64,000 bases of DNA from a bacterium. GTDB lineage: Bacteria; UBA8248. The stretch lies in NCBI GenBank assembly GCA_965207065.1, contig OZ242260.1:576001-640000 (forward strand), written 5' to 3'. Below the pieces are notes generated by a model that worked only from the letters and a program-made list of their open reading frames with translations, did no database searches and was not told the origin of the DNA. Positions 55,202 through 64,000 of this stretch are shown piece by piece (the stretch's first letter is position 1; every line of letters starts with the position of its first letter). Position numbers and translations under genes: made by a program.

Positions 55202-57144
55202 GGCGAATTCTTCTCTTCCGGTTTTTTCGCGTCTTGCGAGTCATCCGGCGGAACCGAAGGAGCAGCGGAAACGCTTTCTCCGTCTCCCGGGCTCTTGGCA
55301 TCCGTCGCGCCGTTCACGGGAGCGGGAGATGCGGCGGTGCGCTCCTTTTCCGGCGGCATTTTGGCTTCCGGGTCGCTTCCGGGGTCCTGTCCCTCATCCG
55401 GCGGACTGGAAGATACTGTGGAAACGTCTCCTCCCTCTTCCGGTTTTCCTGCACCCAAGGCTTTTACGCCGTCTTCCGCATCATTGGGTGGGGCGGAAGG
55501 AGTGATGTTGGCCTCTTCCCTCACCGGGGTTACGTCATCCTGCGCGTCGCTCGGCCGGGGGGAGGAAACGGCGGAGTCTACCTGTTTCTGCCCTTGTGAT
55601 TTCTCTGCGTCTTGCGCAGCGGCAGGCTGAGCCGGAGAGTCGATGAGGCGATCTTCTTTCTCCGGCACTCTGGCTTCTTGTGTCCGCTCGGGGTCTTGCG
55701 CAGCGCCGGAAGGCTTAAGAACTGGTACGGCGGCGCCCTCCTCCTCTTCATCCACCTTGCGCACCTCTGCGTTTTCAGTGGATTTTTCCGCATCCCCGGG
55801 AGAGGTTTTCGAGACCACCGCCGGACGAACCACCGGTTTTTTTCCGGCGGGCGCCGGCTCGGGGCGAGATGCGAGAGTCCGGCCCGATTTCGCGATCAGC
55901 GTTTCCAGATACGCCGCCAGGGCGCTGCGCTCCTCGGGCGCGCCCGCCAAATGAGGGTACGGCGGGTGTTTGGTTCGCATCTCTCCAAGAAACCGAAGCG
56001 CGTCTCCCTCGAACTTGAACCCCGGGGCCCGGGCCGGGTCCCGCGGCTTCACCCAATCCGCATGGCAGGCCATACACTGCGCACGGAAACTGAATGCGCC
56101 GAGTTCTCCCTGTTCCGGCAGGGGCTCGCCGAGATTCACGAAATTCCACAAACCCGTTCGATTCGCGTCCTCCGCCTCCTCGATGATCATTCCGTTGCGA
56201 TACATATACTGGTGGATCTGGAAATTTCCCTTCGCTTCCACATAGACCCACCCGCATGCCGCCAGCAGGAAAACGACCAGCAGCGAAGCCGCGCATGCGT
56301 GTCTTCGATGCCGCTTTTCGGGGTCGTGAACGCCCCATCTGTATCCGATGCTCCCCAGGACCGCCTGCGCCGCTACAGCGGTCGCTACCAGCCCAATCAC
56401 CAAATTCCGATTTTCGCTTTCCGGCAGGCTTACTCCCCACCATATCCATCCGAGAACGCCGGTGACGGCTCCCGCCACCATCCACTTGCCCAGTTCATGC
56501 ACCAAGGCGACGCGCCATGCGCTGTCCTTTCGGGACGCTGCGTAGAGCAGTCCGAAAGCGCCGAAGGTCAAAATCGAAACCGCCGCCCACGTCAAGAATA
56601 CGGCGGGAAAGGCGGGATTCCAGAAAGCGTTCCAGAGGGTAGGCTTCGCCGCCCATGCGCCCGTGTGCGCCGAAAAAGCGCAGACCGAAACCAAAACGGC
56701 CGCCGCACTCCAAAAGCCGACCGCCGATAATATCCCCCACGCCATATGGAGCCGGCTTTCATGGCGACCTCTTTCCCAAGTGGAGATGTATCGACCCGAA
56801 ATACAAAGACCTAACCCAAAAAGCAATAAACCCAGCAGGGCGGGAACCAGGAATATCAAATGGAGTTGTTCCATCATGCGGGGGCGTTGGGCCATCATGA
56901 CGACCCAAAGACCAAGACCCAGGGGACATACCGCCCACGCCGCCAAGGCGCGCGTCGTCTTCGCGCACCGCAGGGCGAGGTCGTCCCATCTGGGGTCTAT
57001 GCTCTCCGATGCGCGAGACTTCGCGAGCAGGGAAATCACAGAGCCGCCGCAGACGCACGCACCCATCAGGACGAAGAGATAAGCAACCCCGCCCGCCAGG
57101 AGATGGTCGGAGAATGACAGCGCTTCCTGAAATGGAAATGGCAA
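55198..57144 (-). CDS. Polytopic membrane protein with c-type heme (CMACH) and a long acidic/Pro-rich tail; cytochrome bd subunit I-like
   Basis: About 8-9 TM segments, WNAFWNP, YMYRNG, CMACH, EERSALAAYL, and a low-complexity C-terminus of about 220 aa. Confidence 0.72.
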   Translation of the reverse strand: MPFPFQEALSFSDHLLAGGVAYLFVLMGACVCGGSVISLLAKSRASESIDPRWDDLALRCAKTTRALAAWAVCPLGLGLWVVMMAQRPRMMEQLHLIFLVPALLGLLLFGLGLCISGRYISTWERGRHESRLHMAWGILSAVGFWSAAAVLVSVCAFSAHTGAWAAKPTLWNAFWNPAFPAVFLTWAAVSILTFGAFGLLYAASRKDSAWRVALVHELGKWMVAGAVTGVLGWIWWGVSLPESENRNLVIGLVATAVAAQAVLGSIGYRWGVHDPEKRHRRHACAASLLVVFLLAACGWVYVEAKGNFQIHQYMYRNGMIIEEAEDANRTGLWNFVNLGEPLPEQGELGAFSFRAQCMACHADWVKPRDPARAPGFKFEGDALRFLGEMRTKHPPYPHLAGAPEERSALAAYLETLIAKSGRTLASRPEPAPAGKKPVVRPAVVSKTSPGDAEKSTENAEVRKVDEEEEGAAVPVLKPSGAAQDPERTQEARVPEKEDRLIDSPAQPAAAQDAEKSQGQKQVDSAVSSPRPSDAQDDVTPVREEANITPSAPPNDAEDGVKALGAGKPEEGGDVSTVSSSPPDEGQDPGSDPEAKMPPEKERTAASPAPVNGATDAKSPGDGESVSAAPSVPPDDSQDAKKPEEKNSP

Positions 57145-57210
57145 CGCTATTTTCCAATCGAAAGTGAAAGGTGTCGCAACATAAAGACGGAGAAAACGAG
57201 TACCCGCGCT

Positions 57211-58329
57211 TTATACCTTCACCACTTGTCGTGTCATGTATTTGTCGAGTTTATTCTCATCCAGGGCGATACCCAGTCCGGGGGCGTCGGAAATCGTATG
57301 CCGCCCCGTACTCATATCGACCGGAGAATCCACGACGTCGTCCAGCATCTTCTCGGGGCCGACGGATTCTATCGCCGCCAGGAAAGCGTTCGAGGTCGCC
57401 GCCACGTGGATTTCTCCCAGCGTGTAGGGCGACAACCCGAACCCGTGACCGATGACCATTTTCATGCCGGCGGCCTCCGCCGTTCCGACCATATCCCTGA
57501 CGCGCAGGGGACCGCCTTGCTTCATGATCTTGACCTTGACGATATCGGCGGCCTCGGCCCGGATGATCTCGAGCAGGCTCTCCGGCCCGAACACGCACTC
57601 ATCCGCCATGACGGGGATGTTGATGGAGCGGCGCACTTGGGCGAGCCCCTCGATGTCGGTTCTCGGCACGGGCTGCTCGAAGTGGTGGATGTCCGCCCCT
57701 TCCACCTCGCGCGCGAGGGCGATTGCATCTTCCACGTTTCCGTAGGATTCATTCGCGTCGATCCGTATCTCGAAATCATCCCCCGTCGATTCCCGCACGG
57801 CCAGCACCCGCGCCGCGTCGGACGCCACCTCTCCCCCCATCTTCACCTTGCAGGCCCGCCAGCCGCGCTCGTAAAAGCCCCGCGCCTCGCGCCCCGCCTC
57901 ATCGGGCGCCTTGATGCCAATCCAGGCGTTAAAGCGCACTTCTTTCTTCACCGCGCCGCCGAGGAGTTCATACAACGGAACCCCCAGATATTTCGCATGG
58001 AGGTCCGCCATGGCGAGCGACAGGGCGCCCTTTCCGCCGTCGAAGCCGTCGCAGGCCTCATCCATCATCCGCGTAATCTCGCGCGACGCCCTGGGGTTCG
58101 CGCCGATGAGAGCGGGCGCGAGCTTGCGCTCCACCGCGTCCGCGATATCATCGCGGTTCAAGCCCGAGTATCCCGCCACGGGTTCGACGTCGCCTATTCC
58201 TGTGAAGCCGTCGTCGGAGGTTACCCGAACGACGACCGAGGGCTGGACGTTGTGGTTGTGGTTCGCGTTCTTGAAAAAATCCCGCATCGGCATGTCGACG
58301 CGGAATACCTCGATGGATTCGACTTTCAC
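57211..58329 (-). CDS. Enolase superfamily, muconate-lactonizing enzyme / dipeptide epimerase subgroup
   Basis: KVK, DANE, EQP, ADE, KIMKQGG. Confidence 0.92.
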   Translation of the reverse strand: MKVESIEVFRVDMPMRDFFKNANHNHNVQPSVVVRVTSDDGFTGIGDVEPVAGYSGLNRDDIADAVERKLAPALIGANPRASREITRMMDEACDGFDGGKGALSLAMADLHAKYLGVPLYELLGGAVKKEVRFNAWIGIKAPDEAGREARGFYERGWRACKVKMGGEVASDAARVLAVRESTGDDFEIRIDANESYGNVEDAIALAREVEGADIHHFEQPVPRTDIEGLAQVRRSINIPVMADECVFGPESLLEIIRAEAADIVKVKIMKQGGPLRVRDMVGTAEAAGMKMVIGHGFGLSPYTLGEIHVAATSNAFLAAIESVGPEKMLDDVVDSPVDMSTGRHTISDAPGLGIALDENKLDKYMTRQVVKV

Positions 58330-58378
58330 GGAAATTTCCTCCTTTTTAGCAGAACAGCCCGAAGCCCAGCTAAGGCCC

Positions 58379-61300
58379 CTACTGCACTCCCGCCACGGCC
58401 TCTCGTACGCGCTTTCTTAACACATCATCGACTGGGCAGGAAACATCGACGCCCGGACGCAGAAAAGAAAACACCAGTTCACCCACTTCGAGACCCGCCG
58501 CCGCCTCGAGCGCCATGACGTAGGCGGCTCCCTGGTTTTCATAATCCTTGGCCTTATCCTCCACCTCGCCTTCGGCGACCTTGTCCGTCTTGAAGTCCAC
58601 AACCACGAGTTTGCCCTCTTCTTCGAACACCAGATCGATGAAACCCCGAATCACCCTGCCCTCCAACTCGAAGGTGAAGGGAAGCTCCCGCCAGCGCCTG
58701 GAAGCCGACGCTGCGCGCGCAAGAATCCTCCCCGCCCGCATAGAGTCTCGGATCAACTCCATGGCGTGATCCACATCATCCTCTTTCAAGCCGAGCGAGC
58801 GGGCGCAGGAAACCCCCTCTTCTCTCAAACTCTCCAGACGCTCTGGCGTCGGCGGCTCGAGCCGTGCGAGTATCAAATGAACCAGGCTCCCGAACGCCAT
58901 GCCGCCTGAGTGAACCTCTATGTCCTGGGGCGCATCCTCATCGTAAAGCGCAGTCGAGGCCGCAGGCTCCTCCTCGTCGAATCCTTTCACGAGACCGCTG
59001 GGAGCCAGTGGCTTCAGCGCCTCTACCGGCTTTTTCAGGCGCTTCAGTTTCTCATCCAGAACCGCTCGCCGGTCGACAACGCCCGCCGAGCCCCCGTTCA
59101 CCGGGCGGAACGCAGCGTCCCCAAGACGGAGGATGGACTCCGGCTCCCCGGGTTCTGCCGGCGAAACTTCGAGTACCGAAGCGGACGCCGCCCGGATCAC
59201 CTCGGCAGTTTCTTCTTCCGGGAGCCCCGCACTTTGCATGAACCCGCGAAACCCCGACTCCGGCCAGAGCAGATAGTCCTCGGCCCGCGTCGCGCCCACG
59301 TACCAGAGACGCTTGATTTCCGCATCATGAAACCCTTTTTCGCGTTCGAGCGCGTCAACGTAGCCATCTGAAACCAGTAACCGGGGCTTTGCGCCCAGGC
59401 GCAGTTCGACCGCTTCTTTTCCTTTATCGTGATTCGCAATCCGCGCCTCGGAACGCTGATCGTCCCTTCCCTCCAGGTCGGCCAGGGCGACCACGGGGAA
59501 TTCCAGCCCCTTGGCCTGGTGGATGGTCATGAACCGGACCGCCTCGCTCCCCCGGGTATCCAGAAACGCCTCGGGTTCCCTGGCGTCGCGTCCCAGCTCG
59601 TATAGCGCCTCGAGATGAGCCGCGAACGCATCCACGCCCCGCCTCCCGCTTCCGGCGAATTCATGCGCCATATCGAGGAGCTTTGACAGATTGGCGACGC
59701 GCTGCTCTCCGCCCGATGAAGCCAGGAACAACTCGAACGCCCCCGTGCGGCGGTATATCTCCTCCAGAACGGCGCGCGCGCTCGTATCTTTCTTCGCCTC
59801 GTGCAGCAGATGTATTTCCCGAACCGCCTCTTTCAACTCCTCGGGCGGTTCTTGCGTCTTCAGGAAGTAGCGGCCGATCTCCACGTCCGAAAAGCCATAC
59901 AAGGGAGAGCGCAGGGCGGCTGCGAGCGCCAGCGGGTCGCCGGGCCGCGCCACTGCTGATAATACCGAGACGACCGCGCCGACCTCGAACTTGTCATAGA
60001 ACCCGCGCCCGCCATCGGTCATGAACGGAACCCCCGCGCCACGGAAGGCGTCCTCGAACTGGGTATAGGCCGTGCGCGCCCGGAACAGGACAGCGACGTC
60101 GCCATAATGGACGGGGCGACGCGCATTCCTGTCCCTGTCCGTGATTTCCACCTTCTCCTCTTCCACCAACTCGCGAATCGCGGCGGCGAGGCAGGCGGCC
60201 TCCGTCTTGCGCCTCTCCTCCTCGCTCACCTTGACGCTTTCCGCAGACTCGTCCCCGTCTTCTTTCTTTTTGAACAGGAAAACGGCCGGGTCTGCGGATT
60301 CGCGATGCGCCACGAGTTCTACATATGGAGGTTGAATTCCCGCTTCATGATGGATGACGCGCGAAAACGCCTCGTTCACGAAATCGACCACGCCGGGCGT
60401 GCTGCGGAAGTTTTCCTTGATATGCAGCACTCGGCCATTCGAGAGATCATCGAACATCTCCCGAACCTCGTGGTAAATGGCGATGTCCGCCCGGCGGAAG
60501 CGGTAGATGGATTGCTTGGGATCGCCCACCAGGAAGAGTTTGGCGTCTTCCATCCGCGCCTCGCGCCAGTCGGCGGCGTCTCCCTCTCCCGCGAGCAGGA
60601 ATATCAACTCGACCTGCAGGGGGTCGGTATCCTGAAATTCATCGACCAGAAAGTGCCGGATGCTCTCGCGGATTCTCCCTCGCACGGAAGGGTTCTCCCG
60701 TATGAGCTTCGCCGCCAGGAAGAGCATGTCCTGGTAGGACAAAAGCCCCGTTTCGCGCATTTCCGCCTCGAATGACTCGGCGAAACCCCGGACGAGGGGG
60801 ACCAGACCGGCGAGCACCTCGTGGGCGATAAGCGTGGCGCTCTCTTGCAAAAACCCGTCGTATCCGCTTCTGAAGCGTTTCAGGTTTTCTCCGCCCTCCT
60901 CCTTGGAATCTCCCCAGTTCGCCGCCGATCCCACCCGCTTGTTCAGTTTGAAACCGGGACTCCATAGCTCGCGGAGCAGTCCGGTTTGCGAAAGCCCGGA
61001 GAGGCCCTCCAGCCAGCTTTTCGCATTCTCCAGTTGTATAAAGGCTTTGTCCTCTTCATTCACGCAGCGGCTTCCCACTTCCGCCCAGGCGTCGAACCCA
61101 TCTTCAATCGACGCGCGGATTTCTACGGGAGAAGCGCCATGTGAGCAGGGAAAATGTTCTCTTAATTCCGGCAGGTCGAGCATGGCGTCGCGGATTTTCT
61201 CCAGATCGGATACCGGAAAGCCGAGTTCCAGGAAGTCGCGCAATCGCCGATCATCGCTATCCAGCACCTGCGCCAGCCATTCGCGCCAGGCCGCATCGCG

Positions 61301-61714
61301 CCGCGCATCGTGCTCGATTTCATCCACGTCGCCCAGGTCGGGCCGAAGCCCGGCTTCCACGGAGAATGACCGCAAGATATTCAGCGCGAAACCGTGGATG
61401 GTGGAGATGCGCGCGGATTCGAGGTTGTCCAGCGCATCCAGCAGCCGCGCTTTCGTGGCGGCGTCTTCTTTTCCTTTAACGGCATCGAGAAGACATCCAC
61501 GGATCCGGTCTTTGAGTTGTGCTGTCGCCTTTCGCGTGAAAGTAATGGCGGCTATCTCATCGAGAGGAACACCCTCGTGAAGGATCAGATGCAGAATCCT
61601 GTCCACAAGCAGGGTCGTTTTGCCCGTCCCCGCGCCCGCTTCGACCAGAACGGGGCCGCGCGTCCAGGTCGCGGCCTCATCCCTTTGTTTTTGGTCGCGG
61701 GGATGCGCGCTCAT
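58379..61714 (-). CDS. addA: AddA-like UvrD helicase with PD-(D/E)XK nuclease
   Basis: AGAGTGKT, TFTRKA, DEFQDT, VGDPKQSIYRFR, MTIHQAKGLEF, GFIDL...DFKT; ATGA overlap with addB. Confidence 0.9.
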   Translation of the reverse strand: MSAHPRDQKQRDEAATWTRGPVLVEAGAGTGKTTLLVDRILHLILHEGVPLDEIAAITFTRKATAQLKDRIRGCLLDAVKGKEDAATKARLLDALDNLESARISTIHGFALNILRSFSVEAGLRPDLGDVDEIEHDARRDAAWREWLAQVLDSDDRRLRDFLELGFPVSDLEKIRDAMLDLPELREHFPCSHGASPVEIRASIEDGFDAWAEVGSRCVNEEDKAFIQLENAKSWLEGLSGLSQTGLLRELWSPGFKLNKRVGSAANWGDSKEEGGENLKRFRSGYDGFLQESATLIAHEVLAGLVPLVRGFAESFEAEMRETGLLSYQDMLFLAAKLIRENPSVRGRIRESIRHFLVDEFQDTDPLQVELIFLLAGEGDAADWREARMEDAKLFLVGDPKQSIYRFRRADIAIYHEVREMFDDLSNGRVLHIKENFRSTPGVVDFVNEAFSRVIHHEAGIQPPYVELVAHRESADPAVFLFKKKEDGDESAESVKVSEEERRKTEAACLAAAIRELVEEEKVEITDRDRNARRPVHYGDVAVLFRARTAYTQFEDAFRGAGVPFMTDGGRGFYDKFEVGAVVSVLSAVARPGDPLALAAALRSPLYGFSDVEIGRYFLKTQEPPEELKEAVREIHLLHEAKKDTSARAVLEEIYRRTGAFELFLASSGGEQRVANLSKLLDMAHEFAGSGRRGVDAFAAHLEALYELGRDAREPEAFLDTRGSEAVRFMTIHQAKGLEFPVVALADLEGRDDQRSEARIANHDKGKEAVELRLGAKPRLLVSDGYVDALEREKGFHDAEIKRLWYVGATRAEDYLLWPESGFRGFMQSAGLPEEETAEVIRAASASVLEVSPAEPGEPESILRLGDAAFRPVNGGSAGVVDRRAVLDEKLKRLKKPVEALKPLAPSGLVKGFDEEEPAASTALYDEDAPQDIEVHSGGMAFGSLVHLILARLEPPTPERLESLREEGVSCARSLGLKEDDVDHAMELIRDSMRAGRILARAASASRRWRELPFTFELEGRVIRGFIDLVFEEEGKLVVVDFKTDKVAEGEVEDKAKDYENQGAAYVMALEAAAGLEVGELVFSFLRPGVDVSCPVDDVLRKRVREAVAGVQ

Positions 61715-64000
61715 GAGGCGTTCTCCCTCAAGACTCGAAGCTCGCTCATCCCCGGCGCGCCTTCCTTCCGTGCGGCGCGCTCGGCCCTGTCCGGTCCGCA
61801 GAGGAGCTTGTAGTCGCAATACCTGCACCCAACTTCGGTGGGCGTCGGGAAATAACGCCCCTCCCGGGCAGAGGCGAGGAAATAATCCAACAGCGCATCC
61901 ACCTCCGCCATGCGCTCCTCGATATCTTCGCAGGAGCGCGGGCGTTCGACGACGCCCTCATCCCTGGTGACATAGACGTATGCGCCGCTCACCCCGGCGC
62001 CCTCCGGCAAGGCGTCCGGCCGCGCGCGCAGGTGCCGCGCGTAGAGGTGGAGCTGAAGGCTCTCGCCGCCGTCCAGCACTTTCATCCGGGCCGGAACCGA
62101 ACTCCTTCTGCCTACGGTCTTGAAATCGACTACGCGGTATTCCCCCGCTTCGTTTCTCTCGAGCAGGTCCATCCGCCCGCTAAGAGAAAGCTCCCCTGAT
62201 TCCAGCGTTATCCGCAAAGGCTCGGAACCCACCCCGCCGAACCTCTCCTCCACGCTCACCGGAAGCGGGCCCGACGCGTCCGCTTGCCTTTGCTCCAGGT
62301 AGCCCCGCAAACGACGGTAGAGCGCGTCTTCGAGCACCCCCCAGGGCAGCGCGGGCAGCGGCGTCGATTCGGCCTTTTCCGCCTCATCGCGCATCGCCTC
62401 CCGAATCACATCGCGGAGCGCTTCCTGCGTCGTCGTTTCGCCCAGCGCATGAAGCGGCTGGTTCTTCTCCTTGAGCCAATCGTGGAATAGTTCGAGAATC
62501 CGGTGCGTCAACTCTCCCCGGCTTCTCCCGTCCATGTCGAAAGGCGGGATGGGTTCTTCTCGTTTTTCCATGCGGGGGTGCAGGCGCTTGTTGATGAACC
62601 GGTAAGGACACCCGAAGAAATTCTCCACCAAGGTGACTCCGAGCGGCCGAGCGGGCGAGTGAATTTTCTCCCCTATGATCTCCCTCAAATCGGGAGCGGT
62701 GAGCATCCCGTCGTGACCGGTCAAAGCGCCCGGCCGCCACCGCTCATCCAGGGCGGCGCGCCTTCTGAGAAACCCCGGAAAATCGTTCATGTAAGAGAGG
62801 CTGCCCGCCTCGGGCCGGCCAATCTGAGTCGACATAAGCGCCAGGTCATACTCGCGTAGATGAGCAGGATTCGATGAAATCGCCCCTGCGTCCAGCGTCG
62901 CGGCGGCGGTGCGGCTGCGCGATTCAGCGAAAAGTCCCCACGCGCCGTCTCTCGCCTCCCCCAGCGCGTCGGCCAGATAATGCAGGAACATGCTCGGAAA
63001 AGAAGCCGCATTCTCCCCCATACTATCCTCTGCGCTCGTCGCCGTGAGGATGAGACGCTTCCTGGCCGACTGAAGGATCGTCCATAACTGAAACCGCGCT
63101 TCGCTCTCGCGCGATTTCTTGAGCGGTAGCACCGCCTCCCGCTCCGGGAAGGTCTCCAGCGCGGCGCGGTTCAGCTTTTCGCGCACCGAATCGGGCAGTA
63201 GCGGGTCTTCGCTCCCTGCAGGCGGAAACAGGCCCTCGCCCAGACCTGCGAAGACGACCGCATCGAAGGTAAGACCGCGCGCGCCCTGGATGGAAGAGAG
63301 ACTCGCCAGATGGCCCTCATCCGGCTCGCCGCCTCTCATGGCAGTCTTATCCAGAAACCGCTCGCAAAGATCGTGGAACTCCTCGCGCGTCATCTCGCCT
63401 GTAATCTCATCCAAAGCCGTCAGAGATAAGATGAGCTCCCTCACCACGTCCTGTTGGGACAAACCGCTCGTCGTCTCCGAGAAAACCGCCAAAGCCGATT
63501 TCACAAAAGATGATGGCAACCCTCGTTCCGGCATTTTTTCCATGAGCGTGAAAACATCGCCCATCGCCAAGTCGAGAGAATACGCGGCGGGATATTCCTC
63601 ATCCGTCTTTCGCATCCTCTCCAATTCGTCATCGAGCGCAGAGAGCCAGGCGTCGGGGCCGCTCAGGTAGGGCAGGCTCCTCGAGAAAAACTCCCATTTT
63701 GACGCAAGAGCGGAATCGCCGACGCGCTCCTCGAACTCGTATTTACGCGCCAGTTCCTGGAACATCGGCGAACCGGTGAAGCCACCCTCATCCAGAAAGC
63801 GCATCAGCTCGGCGCGCGGGTAACCTTCAACGGCCAAGCGGAGCATGAGGAGATACATGCGGGCGGCGGGCGCTTCGGACAAGGTGGGGTTCTCTTCCGC
63901 CCGGCAGGGAATCTCGAGGGTATGGAATGTCTCTTCGAACAGACCCTGATAACCGTCCCGCGCGGTCATCAGGACGCACATTTCATCATCGCCCTCGATG
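61711..64000 (-). CDS. addB: AddB-like PD-(D/E)XK nuclease with Fe-S cysteines; 5' end outside window
   Basis: ARGLTFD, GCPYRF, GRMDLL...DFKT, LQLHLY, CRYCDYKLLC; frame open to the window edge. Confidence 0.88.
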   Translation of the reverse strand, partial: IEGDDEMCVLMTARDGYQGLFEETFHTLEIPCRAEENPTLSEAPAARMYLLMLRLAVEGYPRAELMRFLDEGGFTGSPMFQELARKYEFEERVGDSALASKWEFFSRSLPYLSGPDAWLSALDDELERMRKTDEEYPAAYSLDLAMGDVFTLMEKMPERGLPSSFVKSALAVFSETTSGLSQQDVVRELILSLTALDEITGEMTREEFHDLCERFLDKTAMRGGEPDEGHLASLSSIQGARGLTFDAVVFAGLGEGLFPPAGSEDPLLPDSVREKLNRAALETFPEREAVLPLKKSRESEARFQLWTILQSARKRLILTATSAEDSMGENAASFPSMFLHYLADALGEARDGAWGLFAESRSRTAAATLDAGAISSNPAHLREYDLALMSTQIGRPEAGSLSYMNDFPGFLRRRAALDERWRPGALTGHDGMLTAPDLREIIGEKIHSPARPLGVTLVENFFGCPYRFINKRLHPRMEKREEPIPPFDMDGRSRGELTHRILELFHDWLKEKNQPLHALGETTTQEALRDVIREAMRDEAEKAESTPLPALPWGVLEDALYRRLRGYLEQRQADASGPLPVSVEERFGGVGSEPLRITLESGELSLSGRMDLLERNEAGEYRVVDFKTVGRRSSVPARMKVLDGGESLQLHLYARHLRARPDALPEGAGVSGAYVYVTRDEGVVERPRSCEDIEERMAEVDALLDYFLASAREGRYFPTPTEVGCRYCDYKLLCGPDRAERAARKEGAPGMSELRVLRENAS

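Noticed and set aside
58379-64000. Helicase-nuclease pair as a defence or Cas4 system
   Set aside because: The architecture and ATGA coupling match housekeeping AddAB recombination genes.

Overview
GC-rich bacterial chromosomal window. Its content (secreted ankyrin protein, haloalkane dehalogenase, DMSP-lyase-like cupin, eukaryote-like sterol enzymes, many REP/MITE elements) suggests a marine, probably sponge-associated symbiont; this is inference only. Core genes include an RND efflux pair, moaA plus two moeA, tatA, an aminotransferase, a CoA-transferase/acyl-CoA dehydrogenase/MaoC operon, zur-znuCB/znuA with a clear Zur box, rpmG-rpmB and addAB-like helicase-nuclease genes. The most notable accessory region is a ~13.5 kb putative sterol uptake and remodelling locus (26.6-40.1 kb). 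It encodes an Erg6/SMT-type sterol C24-methyltransferase, a Neverland/KshA-like Rieske oxygenase, a GPP34-cytochrome P450 fusion, an FAD oxidoreductase, and MMPL + LolA-like + outer-membrane barrel transport parts. Other accessory features: three 59-bp quasi-palindromic AT-rich repeats upstream of an AAA-wHTH ATPase; a low-GC defence islet (IS1595 relic, HEPN AbiU2-like gene, Panacea TA pair); an MNT-HEPN pair with a mutated catalytic Arg; a Slam/TbpB-like (type XI secretion) pair with a duplicated leader; a 230-bp MITE whose REP core is inverted in a second copy; and a diverged cytochrome-bd-like/c pair. No rRNA, tRNA or CRISPR array was recognised. All family calls come from motif recognition, not database searches.
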